Assembly (NCBI GenBank): GCA_017613275.1
Contig: JAGAED010000002.1
Coordinates: forward strand, 10,661 to 74,660
Reading direction: 5' to 3'
From: Clostridia bacterium
GTDB taxonomy: Bacteria; Bacillota; Clostridia; TANB77; CAG-508
Length of the DNA: 64,000 nt
Shown here: positions 49,519 to 59,868 of the stretch, in pieces
Layout: each line of letters starts with the position of its first letter
Position numbering within the stretch: position 1 is the first letter of the stretch
Program-made: the position numbers and the translations under genes
Notes under the pieces: model-generated
What the model saw: only the letters and a program-made list of their open reading frames with translations
Told to the model about the DNA's origin: nothing
Database searches by the model: none

Positions 49519-50256
49519 ATGATACAAGCTTACGCTAAATCAGATGTAGGAAAAGTAAGAGAGCAAAACCAAGATAGCTACTATATATCAGAACCATTAG
49601 ACGAAGTTCAGTTATTCATAATAGCAGACGGAATGGGTGGTTACAATGGTGGAGAAATAGCAAGCAGTTTAGCAGTTCAATCAGCCAAAAATTATATAGA
49701 AAACAATTTTGCAAGCTCAGATAAAGATAAAGAAAGCATAATCCAGTTAGTAGGAAGTAGTTTAGAGTATGCAAACATGGTAGTATATGAAAAGTCTAAA
49801 GAAAGTGAAGAACTATCAGAAATGGGTACTACAATGGACATTTGCCTAATATATAATAATAAGGCATTTATTGGTCATGTCGGAGATAGTAGAGTTTATA
49901 GAGTTCGTAAAGAATTCATAAGAAAGCTAACACAAGACCATAGCTATGTACAAAAATTGGTAAAAGATGGAACAATAACACAAGAAGAGGCTATGCATCA
50001 TCCACAAAAAAATATGCTAATCAAAGCACTTGGATGTAATGCGTTTGTTGAGCCAGATGTAATGATAAAAGGTTTCCAAAAAGATGATATACTTTTAATG
50101 ACAACAGATGGACTAACAAACTTAGTAAGCAAAGACCACATATTTGAAACAGTAAAAACAGAAAACTTAGAACAAGTACCAAAAAAATTGGTAGAACAAG
50201 CTAATAACAATGGTGGTTATGATAATGTAACAGTAATAATAATAAAAAATATATAA
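49519..50256 (+). CDS. stp: PP2C-family Ser/Thr protein phosphatase
   Basis: SDVGKVREQNQDS, ADGMGG, TTDGLTN, GGYDNVTVII. Confidence 0.93.
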   Translation: MIQAYAKSDVGKVREQNQDSYYISEPLDEVQLFIIADGMGGYNGGEIASSLAVQSAKNYIENNFASSDKDKESIIQLVGSSLEYANMVVYEKSKESEELSEMGTTMDICLIYNNKAFIGHVGDSRVYRVRKEFIRKLTQDHSYVQKLVKDGTITQEEAMHHPQKNMLIKALGCNAFVEPDVMIKGFQKDDILLMTTDGLTNLVSKDHIFETVKTENLEQVPKKLVEQANNNGGYDNVTVIIIKNI

Positions 50257-50280
50257 ACCTTAGAAGGGGAAGGTAATAGT

Positions 50281-52281
50281 ATGAATTTAGAAGGAAAGTT
50301 ACTTGGAAATAGATATGAAATAATAGAAAAAATAGGTAACGGAGGAATGGCAACAGTATATAAAGCAACAGATAAAATACTAAAAAGACAAGTTGCAGTA
50401 AAAATACTAAGAGATGAATTTACAACAGATGAAGAATTTATAAGAAGATTTGAGGTAGAAGCCCAATCAGCTGCAAGACTTACACATCCTAATATCGTTT
50501 CAATATATGATGTAGGTGTAGATGGAAACTTGCACTTTATAGTAATGGAGTTAATCCAAGGCAAAACTCTAAAAGAAATAATAGTAGAAGAGCAAGGACC
50601 ACTTCCATGGAAATGGTCAGTAAATGTAGCAATACAAATTGCTCAAGCCCTTGAAATGGCTCATAGAAACAATATTATACATAGAGATATAAAACCACAT
50701 AATATAATAATTACAGAAGATGGAATTGCAAAAGTTACAGACTTTGGAATTGCAAAAGCTGTATCAAATTCAACAATTACAGCATTTGGAACAACAATAG
50801 GCTCTGTGCACTATTTTTCACCAGAACATGCAAGAGGTGGATTTACAGATGCAAAATCAGACATCTATTCATTAGGTGTTGTAATGTATGAAATGCTTAC
50901 AGGAAAAGTTCCATTTGATGCAGATACACCTGTTTCTGTTGCATTAAAACACATGCAAGAAGAACCAGTAGAACCAATAGAAAAAAACAAAAATATGCCA
51001 TCATCTGTAAATAAAATAATAATGAAAGCTTTGAAAAAAGATAGTACTTTAAGATATCAAACAAGTACAGAGATGTTGGTTGACCTAAAAGCGGCTTTAA
51101 AAGATCCATATGGTGATTTTGTTGAAGAAAAAGAATATGATCCAACAGCCAGAACTCAAAAATTAAATGCAGAAGAAATAGAAAGAGCAAGTAAAAGAAC
51201 AAACAAGAAAAAAGAAAATAAACTAATAGCATTTATAAAGAGTCATAAAGTAATAAGTGCTATGGCAGGAGTTGTATTATTATTTTTCATAACATTTGTA
51301 GCAACAATGTCAATGCTAAGTTCATCAAAACCTAAAGAAACTAAAGTTCCAAATGTAATAGGAATGACAGAGGAAGAAGCAAAAAAACAAGTAGAAGATG
51401 CAAAACTTGTATTTGAAAAAGAAAAAGAAGAATATGACAAAGAAGTTGAAGCAGGAAAAGTTATTTCTCAAAAAACTGAAATTGGTGAATACATGAAAGT
51501 AGTAGGAAATTTAACAGTAAAAGAAGGCAGCAAAATCTATGTTATAATAAGTAAAGGTCAAGAAAAAACAACAGTACCAAATGTTAAAGGAAAAGAAAAA
51601 GAAGAAGCAATAAAATTAATAGAAGAAGCAAAATTACAAGCAGAAATAGTAGAAGAAAACAGCAAAACAGTTAAAGAAGGATATATCATAAGCCAAGAAA
51701 CAGATGCAGATACAGAAGTACTTGCTGGAGATACAGTAAAAATACATGTAAGTACAGGTGCTGAAAAAGTTACAATGGTTAGCGTAATAGACAAAGATGA
51801 AGAAGAGGCTAAAAAAGCTTTAAATGCTATAGGAATTACTAATATAACTATTGCTTATGACGAAAATTCAAGCAAAGATTATGGAAAAGTAATAAAACAA
51901 AGTATAGTAGATGGAAGCACAGTGGAAAAAGATTCAAGTATAACACTTACTGTAAATAACTACAAAGCAACTAAAACAATTACATTATCAATAAATGTAA
52001 AGAAAATAACAGGTTATACTGATTCTAGTTCAAATAATGAAAAAGAAAATAATGGTTCAAATAATACTGAGTCAAAAAGTAAATCAACTCCAAAAAATGT
52101 TGAAGTTAAAACAATGTTAGATGGAAACGTTGTAGATACAAGAACTGAAAAAGAAAATGCTGAAAATGTAAAAGTAGATATATCTGGCACAGGAAGTCAT
52201 GAAGTAAAAATTCAAATTGGTAATGCTATTAGGACAAAAAACATTAATTTCGACTCAGATAAATCTATTACAATAGAATAA
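50281..52281 (+). CDS. prkC: PASTA-domain Ser/Thr protein kinase
   Basis: Kinase motifs GNGGMATVYKA, HRDIKPHN, DFGIA; one TM helix; repeated extracellular PASTA-like modules (VPNVIGMTEEEAKK, VPNVKGKEKEEAIK, VSVIDKDEEEAKK). Confidence 0.94.
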   Translation: MNLEGKLLGNRYEIIEKIGNGGMATVYKATDKILKRQVAVKILRDEFTTDEEFIRRFEVEAQSAARLTHPNIVSIYDVGVDGNLHFIVMELIQGKTLKEIIVEEQGPLPWKWSVNVAIQIAQALEMAHRNNIIHRDIKPHNIIITEDGIAKVTDFGIAKAVSNSTITAFGTTIGSVHYFSPEHARGGFTDAKSDIYSLGVVMYEMLTGKVPFDADTPVSVALKHMQEEPVEPIEKNKNMPSSVNKIIMKALKKDSTLRYQTSTEMLVDLKAALKDPYGDFVEEKEYDPTARTQKLNAEEIERASKRTNKKKENKLIAFIKSHKVISAMAGVVLLFFITFVATMSMLSSSKPKETKVPNVIGMTEEEAKKQVEDAKLVFEKEKEEYDKEVEAGKVISQKTEIGEYMKVVGNLTVKEGSKIYVIISKGQEKTTVPNVKGKEKEEAIKLIEEAKLQAEIVEENSKTVKEGYIISQETDADTEVLAGDTVKIHVSTGAEKVTMVSVIDKDEEEAKKALNAIGITNITIAYDENSSKDYGKVIKQSIVDGSTVEKDSSITLTVNNYKATKTITLSINVKKITGYTDSSSNNEKENNGSNNTESKSKSTPKNVEVKTMLDGNVVDTRTEKENAENVKVDISGTGSHEVKIQIGNAIRTKNINFDSDKSITIE

Positions 52282-52293
52282 AATTTTATAATA

Positions 52294-52328
52294 AAAAACT
52301 AAGTGTTTACTTAAAACACTTAGTTTTT
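52294..52328 (+). terminator. Intrinsic terminator after prkC
   Basis: aaaaactaagtgttt / aaacacttagttttt, 15-bp stem. Confidence 0.85.
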
Positions 52329-52394
52329 ATATATACATTCTTGTAAAAAAACAAAAATTGTGTTAAATTATAAATATAAGGAATTGGAGGAATA

Positions 52395-53276
52395 ATGCAA
52401 GGTCTAATTATAGAAAATATTTCAAATTTATATAAAGTTAAAAGTGGAGAAAATGTGTATACTACAACAGCAAGAGGCAAATTTAAAAAAGATGAAATTA
52501 TACCAGTTGTTGGAGATTTTGTCGAATTAGCTGAAGTAGACAACGAAAAAATGGAAGCGGTAATAGATGAAATTTTGCCAAGAAAAAACTATGTAAAAAG
52601 GCCCAAAGTAAGTAATATAACACAGCTTGTATTTGTACTTTCAAGCAAGCATCCAAAGCCAGATTTACTAATGTTAGATAAACAATTAGCATTTGCAGAA
52701 TTTTTAAATATAAAATCAATAATTGTTTTAAATAAAATAGATTTAGATGAAAAAACAGAATTTAAAACAATAAAAAAGATTTATGAAAACGTTGGATACA
52801 AAGTAATAGAAACACAAGCAAATGAAGGTAATGGAGTAAAAGAATTAGTTAAATTAATGAAAAACAATATAAATGTATTTTCGGGCAATTCTGGTGTGGG
52901 AAAATCTACACTTATAAATTCAATATTTAACGAAAATGTAACTCTAGAAGGTGAAATAAGCCAGAAAAATAAAAGAGGAAAAAATACAACAACATCAATT
53001 AAACTATACGAAATAGATAAAGATACATACATTGCAGATACACCAGGTTTTTCAACATTTGAGATATCAGAAATCGAATCAAATCAACTAGAAAACTGTT
53101 TTAAAGAATTTAAACAATATATTCCAAATTGTGAATTTGTTGGATGCACACATATAAAAGAGGGAAATTGTGGAATCAAGCAAGCAGTTGAAGAAGGAAA
53201 AATAAATTTAGAAAGATATAATAGATTTATAAAAATTTACAGCGAATTAAAAGATAAGGAGAGTAAAAAATGGTAG
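52395..53276 (+). CDS. rsgA: Ribosome small-subunit-dependent GTPase A
   Basis: Circularly permuted GTPase motifs LNKIDL, GNSGVGKST, DTPGF and the zinc site CEFVGCTHIKEGNC. Confidence 0.94.
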   Translation: MQGLIIENISNLYKVKSGENVYTTTARGKFKKDEIIPVVGDFVELAEVDNEKMEAVIDEILPRKNYVKRPKVSNITQLVFVLSSKHPKPDLLMLDKQLAFAEFLNIKSIIVLNKIDLDEKTEFKTIKKIYENVGYKVIETQANEGNGVKELVKLMKNNINVFSGNSGVGKSTLINSIFNENVTLEGEISQKNKRGKNTTTSIKLYEIDKDTYIADTPGFSTFEISEIESNQLENCFKEFKQYIPNCEFVGCTHIKEGNCGIKQAVEEGKINLERYNRFIKIYSELKDKESKKW

Positions 53277-53929
53277 AAATTTCAACATCAATATTATCAA
53301 CATTAAAAGGAAAAGAAGCAGATACTTTTTTTGCCTTGGAAAAAGCAAAAACAGATTATTTTCATATAGATGTAATGGATGGGAAATTTGTGGAAAACGA
53401 TACCTACGAAAAAATGCTAGAATATAGTTCATATATAAAAAGAATTTCAAATTTACCACAAGACGTGCATTTAATGGTAGAAGATGTAAAAAGCGCAATC
53501 GATGATTTTCTTGCAGTTGAACCTAATATAATAACATTCCATTATGAGGCATGCAAAAACAAAGAAGAAGTAATGGAATTGATAAACTATATAAAACAAA
53601 ACAATTGCAAAGTAGGGATTTCAGTAAAACCAAATACTCCTATAGAAAGTATTTACGAATTTTTACCATATGTACACTTAGTTTTAGTAATGACAGTTGA
53701 ACCAGGAAAAGGTGGACAAACATTACTGACAGATATGGTTACAAAAATTAAAACATTAAAAAAATATGTTGAAGAAAACAATATAGAAATAGATATAGAG
53801 GCAGATGGAGGAATAAACCTACAAACTGCTCCAGCTGTGAAAGAAGCAGGAGCTAATATACTTGTTGCAGGAACAGCAATAATAATTGCTAAAGATTATA
53901 AAGTGATAATAGATGAATTAAAGCAATAG
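53270..53929 (+). CDS. rpe: Ribulose-phosphate 3-epimerase
   Basis: FHIDVMDGKFV, VHLM, LVMTVEPG(K)GGQ, EADGGIN. Confidence 0.93.
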   Translation: MVEISTSILSTLKGKEADTFFALEKAKTDYFHIDVMDGKFVENDTYEKMLEYSSYIKRISNLPQDVHLMVEDVKSAIDDFLAVEPNIITFHYEACKNKEEVMELINYIKQNNCKVGISVKPNTPIESIYEFLPYVHLVLVMTVEPGKGGQTLLTDMVTKIKTLKKYVEENNIEIDIEADGGINLQTAPAVKEAGANILVAGTAIIIAKDYKVIIDELKQ

Positions 53930-53958
53930 AAAATTTAAAATTCTATTGCTTTTTTTTA
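53921..53958 (+). terminator. Intrinsic terminator overlapping the rpe stop
   Basis: aagcaatagaa / ttctattgctt followed by T7. Confidence 0.85.
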
Positions 53959-53982
53959 TGCTTAGTGATATCTTAAAGAGGC

Positions 53983-54025
53983 ATACAAAATTTGAAAAAA
54001 ATGTTAAAAAATCAAAATTTTGTAT
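53983..54025. promoter_or_regulatory. Inverted repeat in the adhE promoter region (candidate operator)
   Basis: atacaaaatttga (53983-53995) ... tcaaaattttgtat (54012-54025), ending 6 nt before TATAAT 54032-54037. Confidence 0.35.
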
Positions 54026-54086
54026 ATACTATATAATGGAAATATATTATTAACTATATTTCAAAAACAGATAGGAGTTGAAGAGT

Positions 54087-56693
54087 ATGGCAAATGATTA
54101 CAAAATTGTAGACAGCTTGGAGAGCTTGGAAGAAAAAATTAAACAAGTTAAAGAAGCACAAGCTAAATTTGCAAAATATTCACAAGAAGAAGTAGACAAA
54201 ATATTTTTAGCAGCTGCTTTAGCAGCAAATAAAGCAAGAGTTTCACTAGCTAAAATGGCTGTTGAAGAAACAGGAATGGGAGTTGTAGAAGACAAAGTTA
54301 TAAAAAATAACTATGCTGCAGAATACATCTACAACAAATATAAAAATACAAAAACTTGTGGTGTAATAGAAGAAGACAAAGCTTATGGGATAAAAAAAGT
54401 TGCAGAACCACTTGGTTTAATTGCAGCAGTTATACCAACAACAAACCCAACATCAACTGCAATTTTTAAAACTTTAATATGTTTAAAAACAAGAAATGGT
54501 ATAATAATAAGTCCACATCCAAGAGCTAAAAAGTCAACAATAGAAGCGGCTAGAATAGTGCTAGAAGCAGCTGTAAAAGCGGGAGCACCAGAGGGAATAA
54601 TTGGATGGATAGATGTTCCATCATTAGATATGACAAATATGTTAATGCAATCAGCAGATACAATATTAGCTACAGGTGGACCAGGAATGGTTAAATCAGC
54701 TTATTCAAGCGGAAAACCAGCACTTGGAGTAGGTGCAGGAAATGTACCAGCTGTAATAGATGAAAGTAGCGATATTACACTAGCTGTTAATTCAATAATA
54801 CATTCTAAAACATTTGATAATGGTATGATATGCGCTTCTGAACAATCAGTAATTGTGCCAGAAAAAATATATAAAGAAGTAAGAGATGAATTTGCAAAGA
54901 GAGGATGTTATTTCTTAAATCCAGAAGAAACAGAAAAAGTTCGTAAAACTATAATAATAAATGATGCCTTAAATGCAAAAATAGTTGGTCAAAAAGCTCA
55001 CACAATAGCAAAATTAGCAGATGTAGAAGTTCCAGAAGATACAAAAATTTTAATTGGAGAAGTAGAGTCAACAGAAGTTTCTGAAGAATTTGCACACGAA
55101 AAATTATCTCCAGTACTTGCAATGTATAAAGCAAAAGACTTTGAAGATAGCATAACAAAAGCATGCAAACTAATTGATGGCGGTGGATTAGGACATAGTT
55201 CATCACTTTATATAAATGCAGAAAAAGAACCAGAAAAATTAGAAAAATTCTATTCAGCAATGAGAACATGTAGAGTCTTAGTAAACACACCATCATCACA
55301 TGGAGGAATAGGAGATATATACAACTTTAAACTAGATCCATCATTAACACTAGGTTGTGGTTCATGGGGAGGAAACTCAGTTTCTGGAAATGTAGGAGTA
55401 AAAAATTTATTAAATGTAAAAACAGTAGCCGAAAGGAGAGAAAATATGCTTTGGTTTAGAGCGCCTGAAAAGGTTTATATTAAAAGAGGTTGCTTACCGG
55501 TTGCCTTAGAAGAATTAAAATATGTATTAAATAGAAAAAAAGTATTTATAGTAACAGACAAATTTTTATATGAAAATGGTTATACAAAAGGAATTACAGA
55601 CAAATTAGACGAATTAGGAATAACACACACAACATTCTCAAATGTAGCACCAGACCCAAGTCTAGCTTCTGCAAAAGAAGGAGCAGCTTTAATGGAAACA
55701 TTCAAACCAGACTGTATAATAGCACTTGGTGGTGGTTCTGCAATGGATGCTGCAAAAATTATGTGGGTTCTATATGAACACCCAGAAGCAGATTTTTATG
55801 ATATGGCAATGAGATTTATGGACATCAGAAAAAGAGTATACGAATTCCCTAAAATGGGAGAAAAAGCTTATTTTATAGCGGTTCCAACATCATCTGGAAC
55901 AGGTTCAGAAGTAACACCATTTGCAGTAATAACAGATGAAAAAACAGGAGCAAAATACCCATTAGCAGATTATGAGTTAATGCCAAAAATGGCAATAGTA
56001 GATACAGATTTAATGATGAATGCACCAAAAGGATTAACATCAGCATCTGGAATTGATGCATTAGTTCATTCATTAGAAGCATATGCATCAATGATGGCAA
56101 CAGAATTTACAGATGGTTTAGCAATGGAAGCTATTAAACTAATATTTGAATATTTACCAAGAGCATATGAGAAAGGTGCAGAAGATCCAGAAGCAAGAGA
56201 AAAAATGGCACATGCTGCAACAATGGCAGGTATGGCATTTGCAAATGCATTCTTAGGAATAGCACACTCAATGGGACACAAATTAGGAGCTTTCCATCAC
56301 TTACCACATGGTGTAACAGTTTCACTTGTTATTCCACAAGTTATGAGATTTAACGCGGCTGAAGTACCTACAAAAATGGGAACATTCCCACAATATGAAT
56401 ATCCTCATACATTAAGAAGATATGCTCAAATTGCAGAAAACTTGGGAATAGAAGGAAAAGATGACCAAGAAAAATTAGATAAGTTAATTGCAAAAATTGA
56501 AGAGTTAAAAGCGACAATAGGAATTAAACCTTCAATTAAAGAATACAACATTTCAGAAGAAGATTTTATGGCTACATTAGACGAAATGTCTGAGCAAGCA
56601 TTTGATGACCAATGTACTGGTGCAAACCCAAGATATCCGCTAATTTCTGAAATAAAAGATTTATATTTAAAAGCTTATCATGGAGAAAAATAA
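54087..56693 (+). CDS. adhE: Bifunctional acetaldehyde-CoA / alcohol dehydrogenase
   Basis: About 868 aa. N-terminal ALDH domain (catalytic FDNGMICASEQS) plus a C-terminal iron-ADH domain (GGGSAMDAAK, HSMGHKLGAFHHLPHG). Confidence 0.96.
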   Translation: MANDYKIVDSLESLEEKIKQVKEAQAKFAKYSQEEVDKIFLAAALAANKARVSLAKMAVEETGMGVVEDKVIKNNYAAEYIYNKYKNTKTCGVIEEDKAYGIKKVAEPLGLIAAVIPTTNPTSTAIFKTLICLKTRNGIIISPHPRAKKSTIEAARIVLEAAVKAGAPEGIIGWIDVPSLDMTNMLMQSADTILATGGPGMVKSAYSSGKPALGVGAGNVPAVIDESSDITLAVNSIIHSKTFDNGMICASEQSVIVPEKIYKEVRDEFAKRGCYFLNPEETEKVRKTIIINDALNAKIVGQKAHTIAKLADVEVPEDTKILIGEVESTEVSEEFAHEKLSPVLAMYKAKDFEDSITKACKLIDGGGLGHSSSLYINAEKEPEKLEKFYSAMRTCRVLVNTPSSHGGIGDIYNFKLDPSLTLGCGSWGGNSVSGNVGVKNLLNVKTVAERRENMLWFRAPEKVYIKRGCLPVALEELKYVLNRKKVFIVTDKFLYENGYTKGITDKLDELGITHTTFSNVAPDPSLASAKEGAALMETFKPDCIIALGGGSAMDAAKIMWVLYEHPEADFYDMAMRFMDIRKRVYEFPKMGEKAYFIAVPTSSGTGSEVTPFAVITDEKTGAKYPLADYELMPKMAIVDTDLMMNAPKGLTSASGIDALVHSLEAYASMMATEFTDGLAMEAIKLIFEYLPRAYEKGAEDPEAREKMAHAATMAGMAFANAFLGIAHSMGHKLGAFHHLPHGVTVSLVIPQVMRFNAAEVPTKMGTFPQYEYPHTLRRYAQIAENLGIEGKDDQEKLDKLIAKIEELKATIGIKPSIKEYNISEEDFMATLDEMSEQAFDDQCTGANPRYPLISEIKDLYLKAYHGEK

Positions 56694-56706
56694 AGGAGGA
56701 AAAGTC

Positions 56707-57465
56707 ATGTTTATAAGTTTAGATAATCCAATTGCAGAAAGAAAAACCAAAACAGTATATAGAGATGGAGATAAAACAATAAAATTATTTGTAGAAAATT
56801 ATTCTAAAGCAGATATTTTAAATGAAGCTTTAAATCAAGTAAGAGTAGAAGAAGGAACAGATTTAAATATTCCTAAATTAATTGAAGTAAGTAGAATAGA
56901 TAATAGATGGGGATTGATTTCTGAATTTGTAGAAGGAACAACTTTTGCAGAAAAATTAGAAAAAGAACCAGAAAATGAAGAAGAAATTCTAAATCAATTT
57001 GTAGATGTTCAATTAAATATATTATCAAAAACCGTTCCATTACTAAATAGAATGAAGGAAAAATATAAAAGAAAAATCAATTCTTTAGATATTACAGATA
57101 ATATTAGATATGAGTTATTACAAAGACTAGATGGAATGAAAGATCATGTTAAACTATGCCATGGAGATTTCAATCCAAGCAATGTTGTAATAAAAGAAAA
57201 TGGAGAAGTTTCAATATTAGACTGGTCACATGTTACAATAGGTAATGCTTCAAGCGATGCAGCAAATACTTATATGCAATTTATAATGGATGGAAAAGCT
57301 GATAGAGCAGAAAAATATTTAGAAATATTCTCTGTAAAAAGTGGAATAAATAAGAACTTAGTTCAAAGATGGATTCCAATAGTTGCAGCTTCTAGAAAGG
57401 CAAAAGGAAAAGAAGATGAACAAGAACTTCTAGATAGATGGTTAGATGTTCTTGATTACACTTAA
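56707..57465 (+). CDS. Aminoglycoside/choline-kinase-family phosphotransferase (APH fold)
   Basis: Catalytic loop LCHGDFNPSNVVI and SILDWSHV. aaaggagg RBS sits inside the adhE 3' end, implying co-transcription. Confidence 0.75.
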   Translation: MFISLDNPIAERKTKTVYRDGDKTIKLFVENYSKADILNEALNQVRVEEGTDLNIPKLIEVSRIDNRWGLISEFVEGTTFAEKLEKEPENEEEILNQFVDVQLNILSKTVPLLNRMKEKYKRKINSLDITDNIRYELLQRLDGMKDHVKLCHGDFNPSNVVIKENGEVSILDWSHVTIGNASSDAANTYMQFIMDGKADRAEKYLEIFSVKSGINKNLVQRWIPIVAASRKAKGKEDEQELLDRWLDVLDYT

Positions 57466-57503
57466 TTTGAAAAATACATGGCAAATTTAGTTATAATAAT
57501 TAG

Positions 57504-57550
57504 CAAAGTGCCAAATGGGTATGTCCCTTTTGGTACTTTGTTTGCGTTTT
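57504..57550 (+). terminator. Terminator after the phosphotransferase gene
   Basis: caaagtgccaaatggg / cccttttggtactttg (two mismatches) followed by tttgcgtttt. Confidence 0.65.
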
Positions 57551-57561
57551 AAAAAGAAAAA

Positions 57562-57589
57562 CCCCTAAACATATAGAAATGTTTAGGGG
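57562..57589 (-). terminator. Terminator of the convergent hydrolase gene
   Basis: cccctaaacat / atgtttagggg, 6-nt loop, T-run on the minus strand. Confidence 0.8.
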
Positions 57590-57599
57590 AAAAATGAAA

Positions 57600-58403
57600 T
57601 TAATACGGGCCTGAAGGAGAACCCGAGAAAATTACGAGTCTCTGAACTTCATCGCTCTCCCAATATATAAAGGAGTCAAATGCATATAGTTCAGAACTGA
57701 TTGGTTGTTCGTAGAGCCATTCTATAGCCTGATCAAGATTTCCAACTGCTGGAGTATCTTCACCAATATCAGTTGCTTCCTCAAGATTGGTATCCAAAGC
57801 AAATGAATGCTCAAAGAAAATGTCTGCCGGAATGGTATAATCGCACTTATATAAGGCTTTTATAACATTAACCTGTGTGTTCTCTTTGACCCGATGATGG
57901 TTGTTACAGATGTATTCCCAAACACCGGGATATTGACCTTCCTGATTTACAACCCTATAAAGATCATCAGGAAAAGCGGAAGAGCGCAACCTGTTGACCA
58001 CACTTTTGGCCATAAGTTGCTGGAGATAGTCGAAGTCGTAATAAGGGTAGTAACTTTCGTTATAACCTACTTCGTGCTCGACAATACTGCCTATGCTTTC
58101 GACAAGATTCCAATTTATCTCTTTGTCTAATGGAATGCCTGCCTTTTTTTGCATCAATTCTCTTGGGGAAAGTGGTTTTATTTCTATTTCTTCCATTTTC
58201 TCCTGAGAAGGAAGGTTGGAATCATTCGCAAGTGCATGTGCAGCATTCTTACGTTCATTGATTCCGTTTTCTCTTAAACGACCGTACTCTTTGATTCTAA
58301 CGTTAACGTTTACCAACGCCAAGGCTATCATTGATAAAATAATAACCCCAAATATAACGTAAGTTAACAGCGAATCCTTAACCCGTTTTTTAATCTTAGC
58401 CAT
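57600..58403 (-). CDS. Membrane-anchored SleB/CwlJ-like cell wall hydrolase (Hydrolase_2-like), GC-rich foreign composition
   Basis: N-terminal TM helix. IVEHEVGYNE...AKSVVNRLRSSAFPDDLYRVVNQEGQYPGV fits the SleB-family pattern (..E..G...VA.V..NR....FP......V...QF). Hand count for line 57961-58020 is 29/60 G+C. Confidence 0.6.
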   Translation of the reverse strand: MAKIKKRVKDSLLTYVIFGVIILSMIALALVNVNVRIKEYGRLRENGINERKNAAHALANDSNLPSQEKMEEIEIKPLSPRELMQKKAGIPLDKEINWNLVESIGSIVEHEVGYNESYYPYYDFDYLQQLMAKSVVNRLRSSAFPDDLYRVVNQEGQYPGVWEYICNNHHRVKENTQVNVIKALYKCDYTIPADIFFEHSFALDTNLEEATDIGEDTPAVGNLDQAIEWLYEQPISSELYAFDSFIYWESDEVQRLVIFSGSPSGPY

Positions 58404-58631
58404 ACATAACACCTGTCCTTTCCAAAATTTCATTTTTTTATAAAAAAGGGTATACTTTATTATATCATAATTTAGAAAAAAAGTAAAGAATTTATAAAAA
58501 GTAATTATATTTTTAAAAAGTTACCATAATACTGAAAAATAGATTGAAAAATTTAAAATAAAATGATATAATCTAGTAAGTTTGGTAATGGAAGGAGAAA
58601 TACTTGGAATTTATTCAAGTATAATATAGAA

Positions 58632-59861
58632 ATGAAAGAAGTAGAATTATTAGCCCCAGCGGGATCATTTGAAAAAGCAAAAGTAGCATTTTTGTATGGT
58701 GCAGATGCAGTATATTGTGGAACTTCATCACTTTCTTTAAGAACAAGAGCAGATATGAAAGATGATGACCTAGTAAACACAATAAAATATGCACATCAAA
58801 TCGGAAAAAAAGTATATGTAACAATAAACATTTTTGCATGGGACGAAAAATATGAAGAAATAATAGCAATGGCAAAAACATTGGAAGAATTAAAGCCAGA
58901 TGGTGTAATAATTGCAGATGGTGGAGTAATGGAGATATTCAAAAAATATGCTCCATCAATACCAATAAACGTAAGTACACAAGCCAATATAGTAAGCTTA
59001 CATGACTGTAATTTTTGGTACAAAAACGGTGGCAAAAGAATGATAATGGCTCGTGAGCTAAATAAAGAACAGCTAAAATACATAATGGAAAACAAACCTA
59101 AAGATATGGAAGTAGAAATCTTTATACATGGAGCTATTTGTTTTGCATTTTCAGGAAGATGCTTTTTGAGTGACTTTTTATCATGTAGAAGTGCAAACTT
59201 AGGAGATTGTGCTCAAAGTTGTAGATGGAGCTATAATCTATACGCTGAAGAAAAAAACAATCCAGGTGAGCTAATGCCAATAGAAACAAGCGAATATGGT
59301 ACAAGTATATTTTCATCAAAAGACTTATGCTTAATAAAAGAAATTCCAGAAATAATAGAAATGGGTGTAGATAGCTTAAAAATAGAAGGAAGATTAAAAA
59401 CAGAATATTACTTAGCAAGCATTGTAAATGCATATAGAAATGCAATAGACGATTATAAAAAAGATCCAGAAAATTATGATTTTGAAAAATACCTAAAGGA
59501 ATTAGAAAAAGTAAAAACAAGAGGATTAACAACATTCTACTTTAATGATAGAAAAAACAAAGATATTCAGGAATATGCAGGAAGACAATACAATGAACAA
59601 TACGAATATGGTGCAAAAGTTGTAGAATATAAAGAAGAAAAATCAATAGTAGAAATAAAAAATAAATTAATGGTTGGAGATTTAATGGAAATTATCGTTC
59701 CAAATAAAATAGAACCAGTACAATTTACAATAGAAAAATTATGGGATATAGATTCTGACGAAGAAATTACAGAAATCAGCCCAGGTGTAAAAGGTCAACA
59801 AGTAATGATGAATTTACCAATTGTTTGTGAGAAAGATTGGGTAATTAGGAGAAAGAAATAA
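58632..59861 (+). CDS. Peptidase U32 family protein, 409-aa form
   Basis: ELLAPAGSFEKAKVAFLYGADAVYCG, E.FIHGAICFAFSGRCFLS...SANLGDCAQSCR. Confidence 0.9.
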   Translation: MKEVELLAPAGSFEKAKVAFLYGADAVYCGTSSLSLRTRADMKDDDLVNTIKYAHQIGKKVYVTINIFAWDEKYEEIIAMAKTLEELKPDGVIIADGGVMEIFKKYAPSIPINVSTQANIVSLHDCNFWYKNGGKRMIMARELNKEQLKYIMENKPKDMEVEIFIHGAICFAFSGRCFLSDFLSCRSANLGDCAQSCRWSYNLYAEEKNNPGELMPIETSEYGTSIFSSKDLCLIKEIPEIIEMGVDSLKIEGRLKTEYYLASIVNAYRNAIDDYKKDPENYDFEKYLKELEKVKTRGLTTFYFNDRKNKDIQEYAGRQYNEQYEYGAKVVEYKEEKSIVEIKNKLMVGDLMEIIVPNKIEPVQFTIEKLWDIDSDEEITEISPGVKGQQVMMNLPIVCEKDWVIRRKK

Positions 59862-59868
59862 ACTTAAT

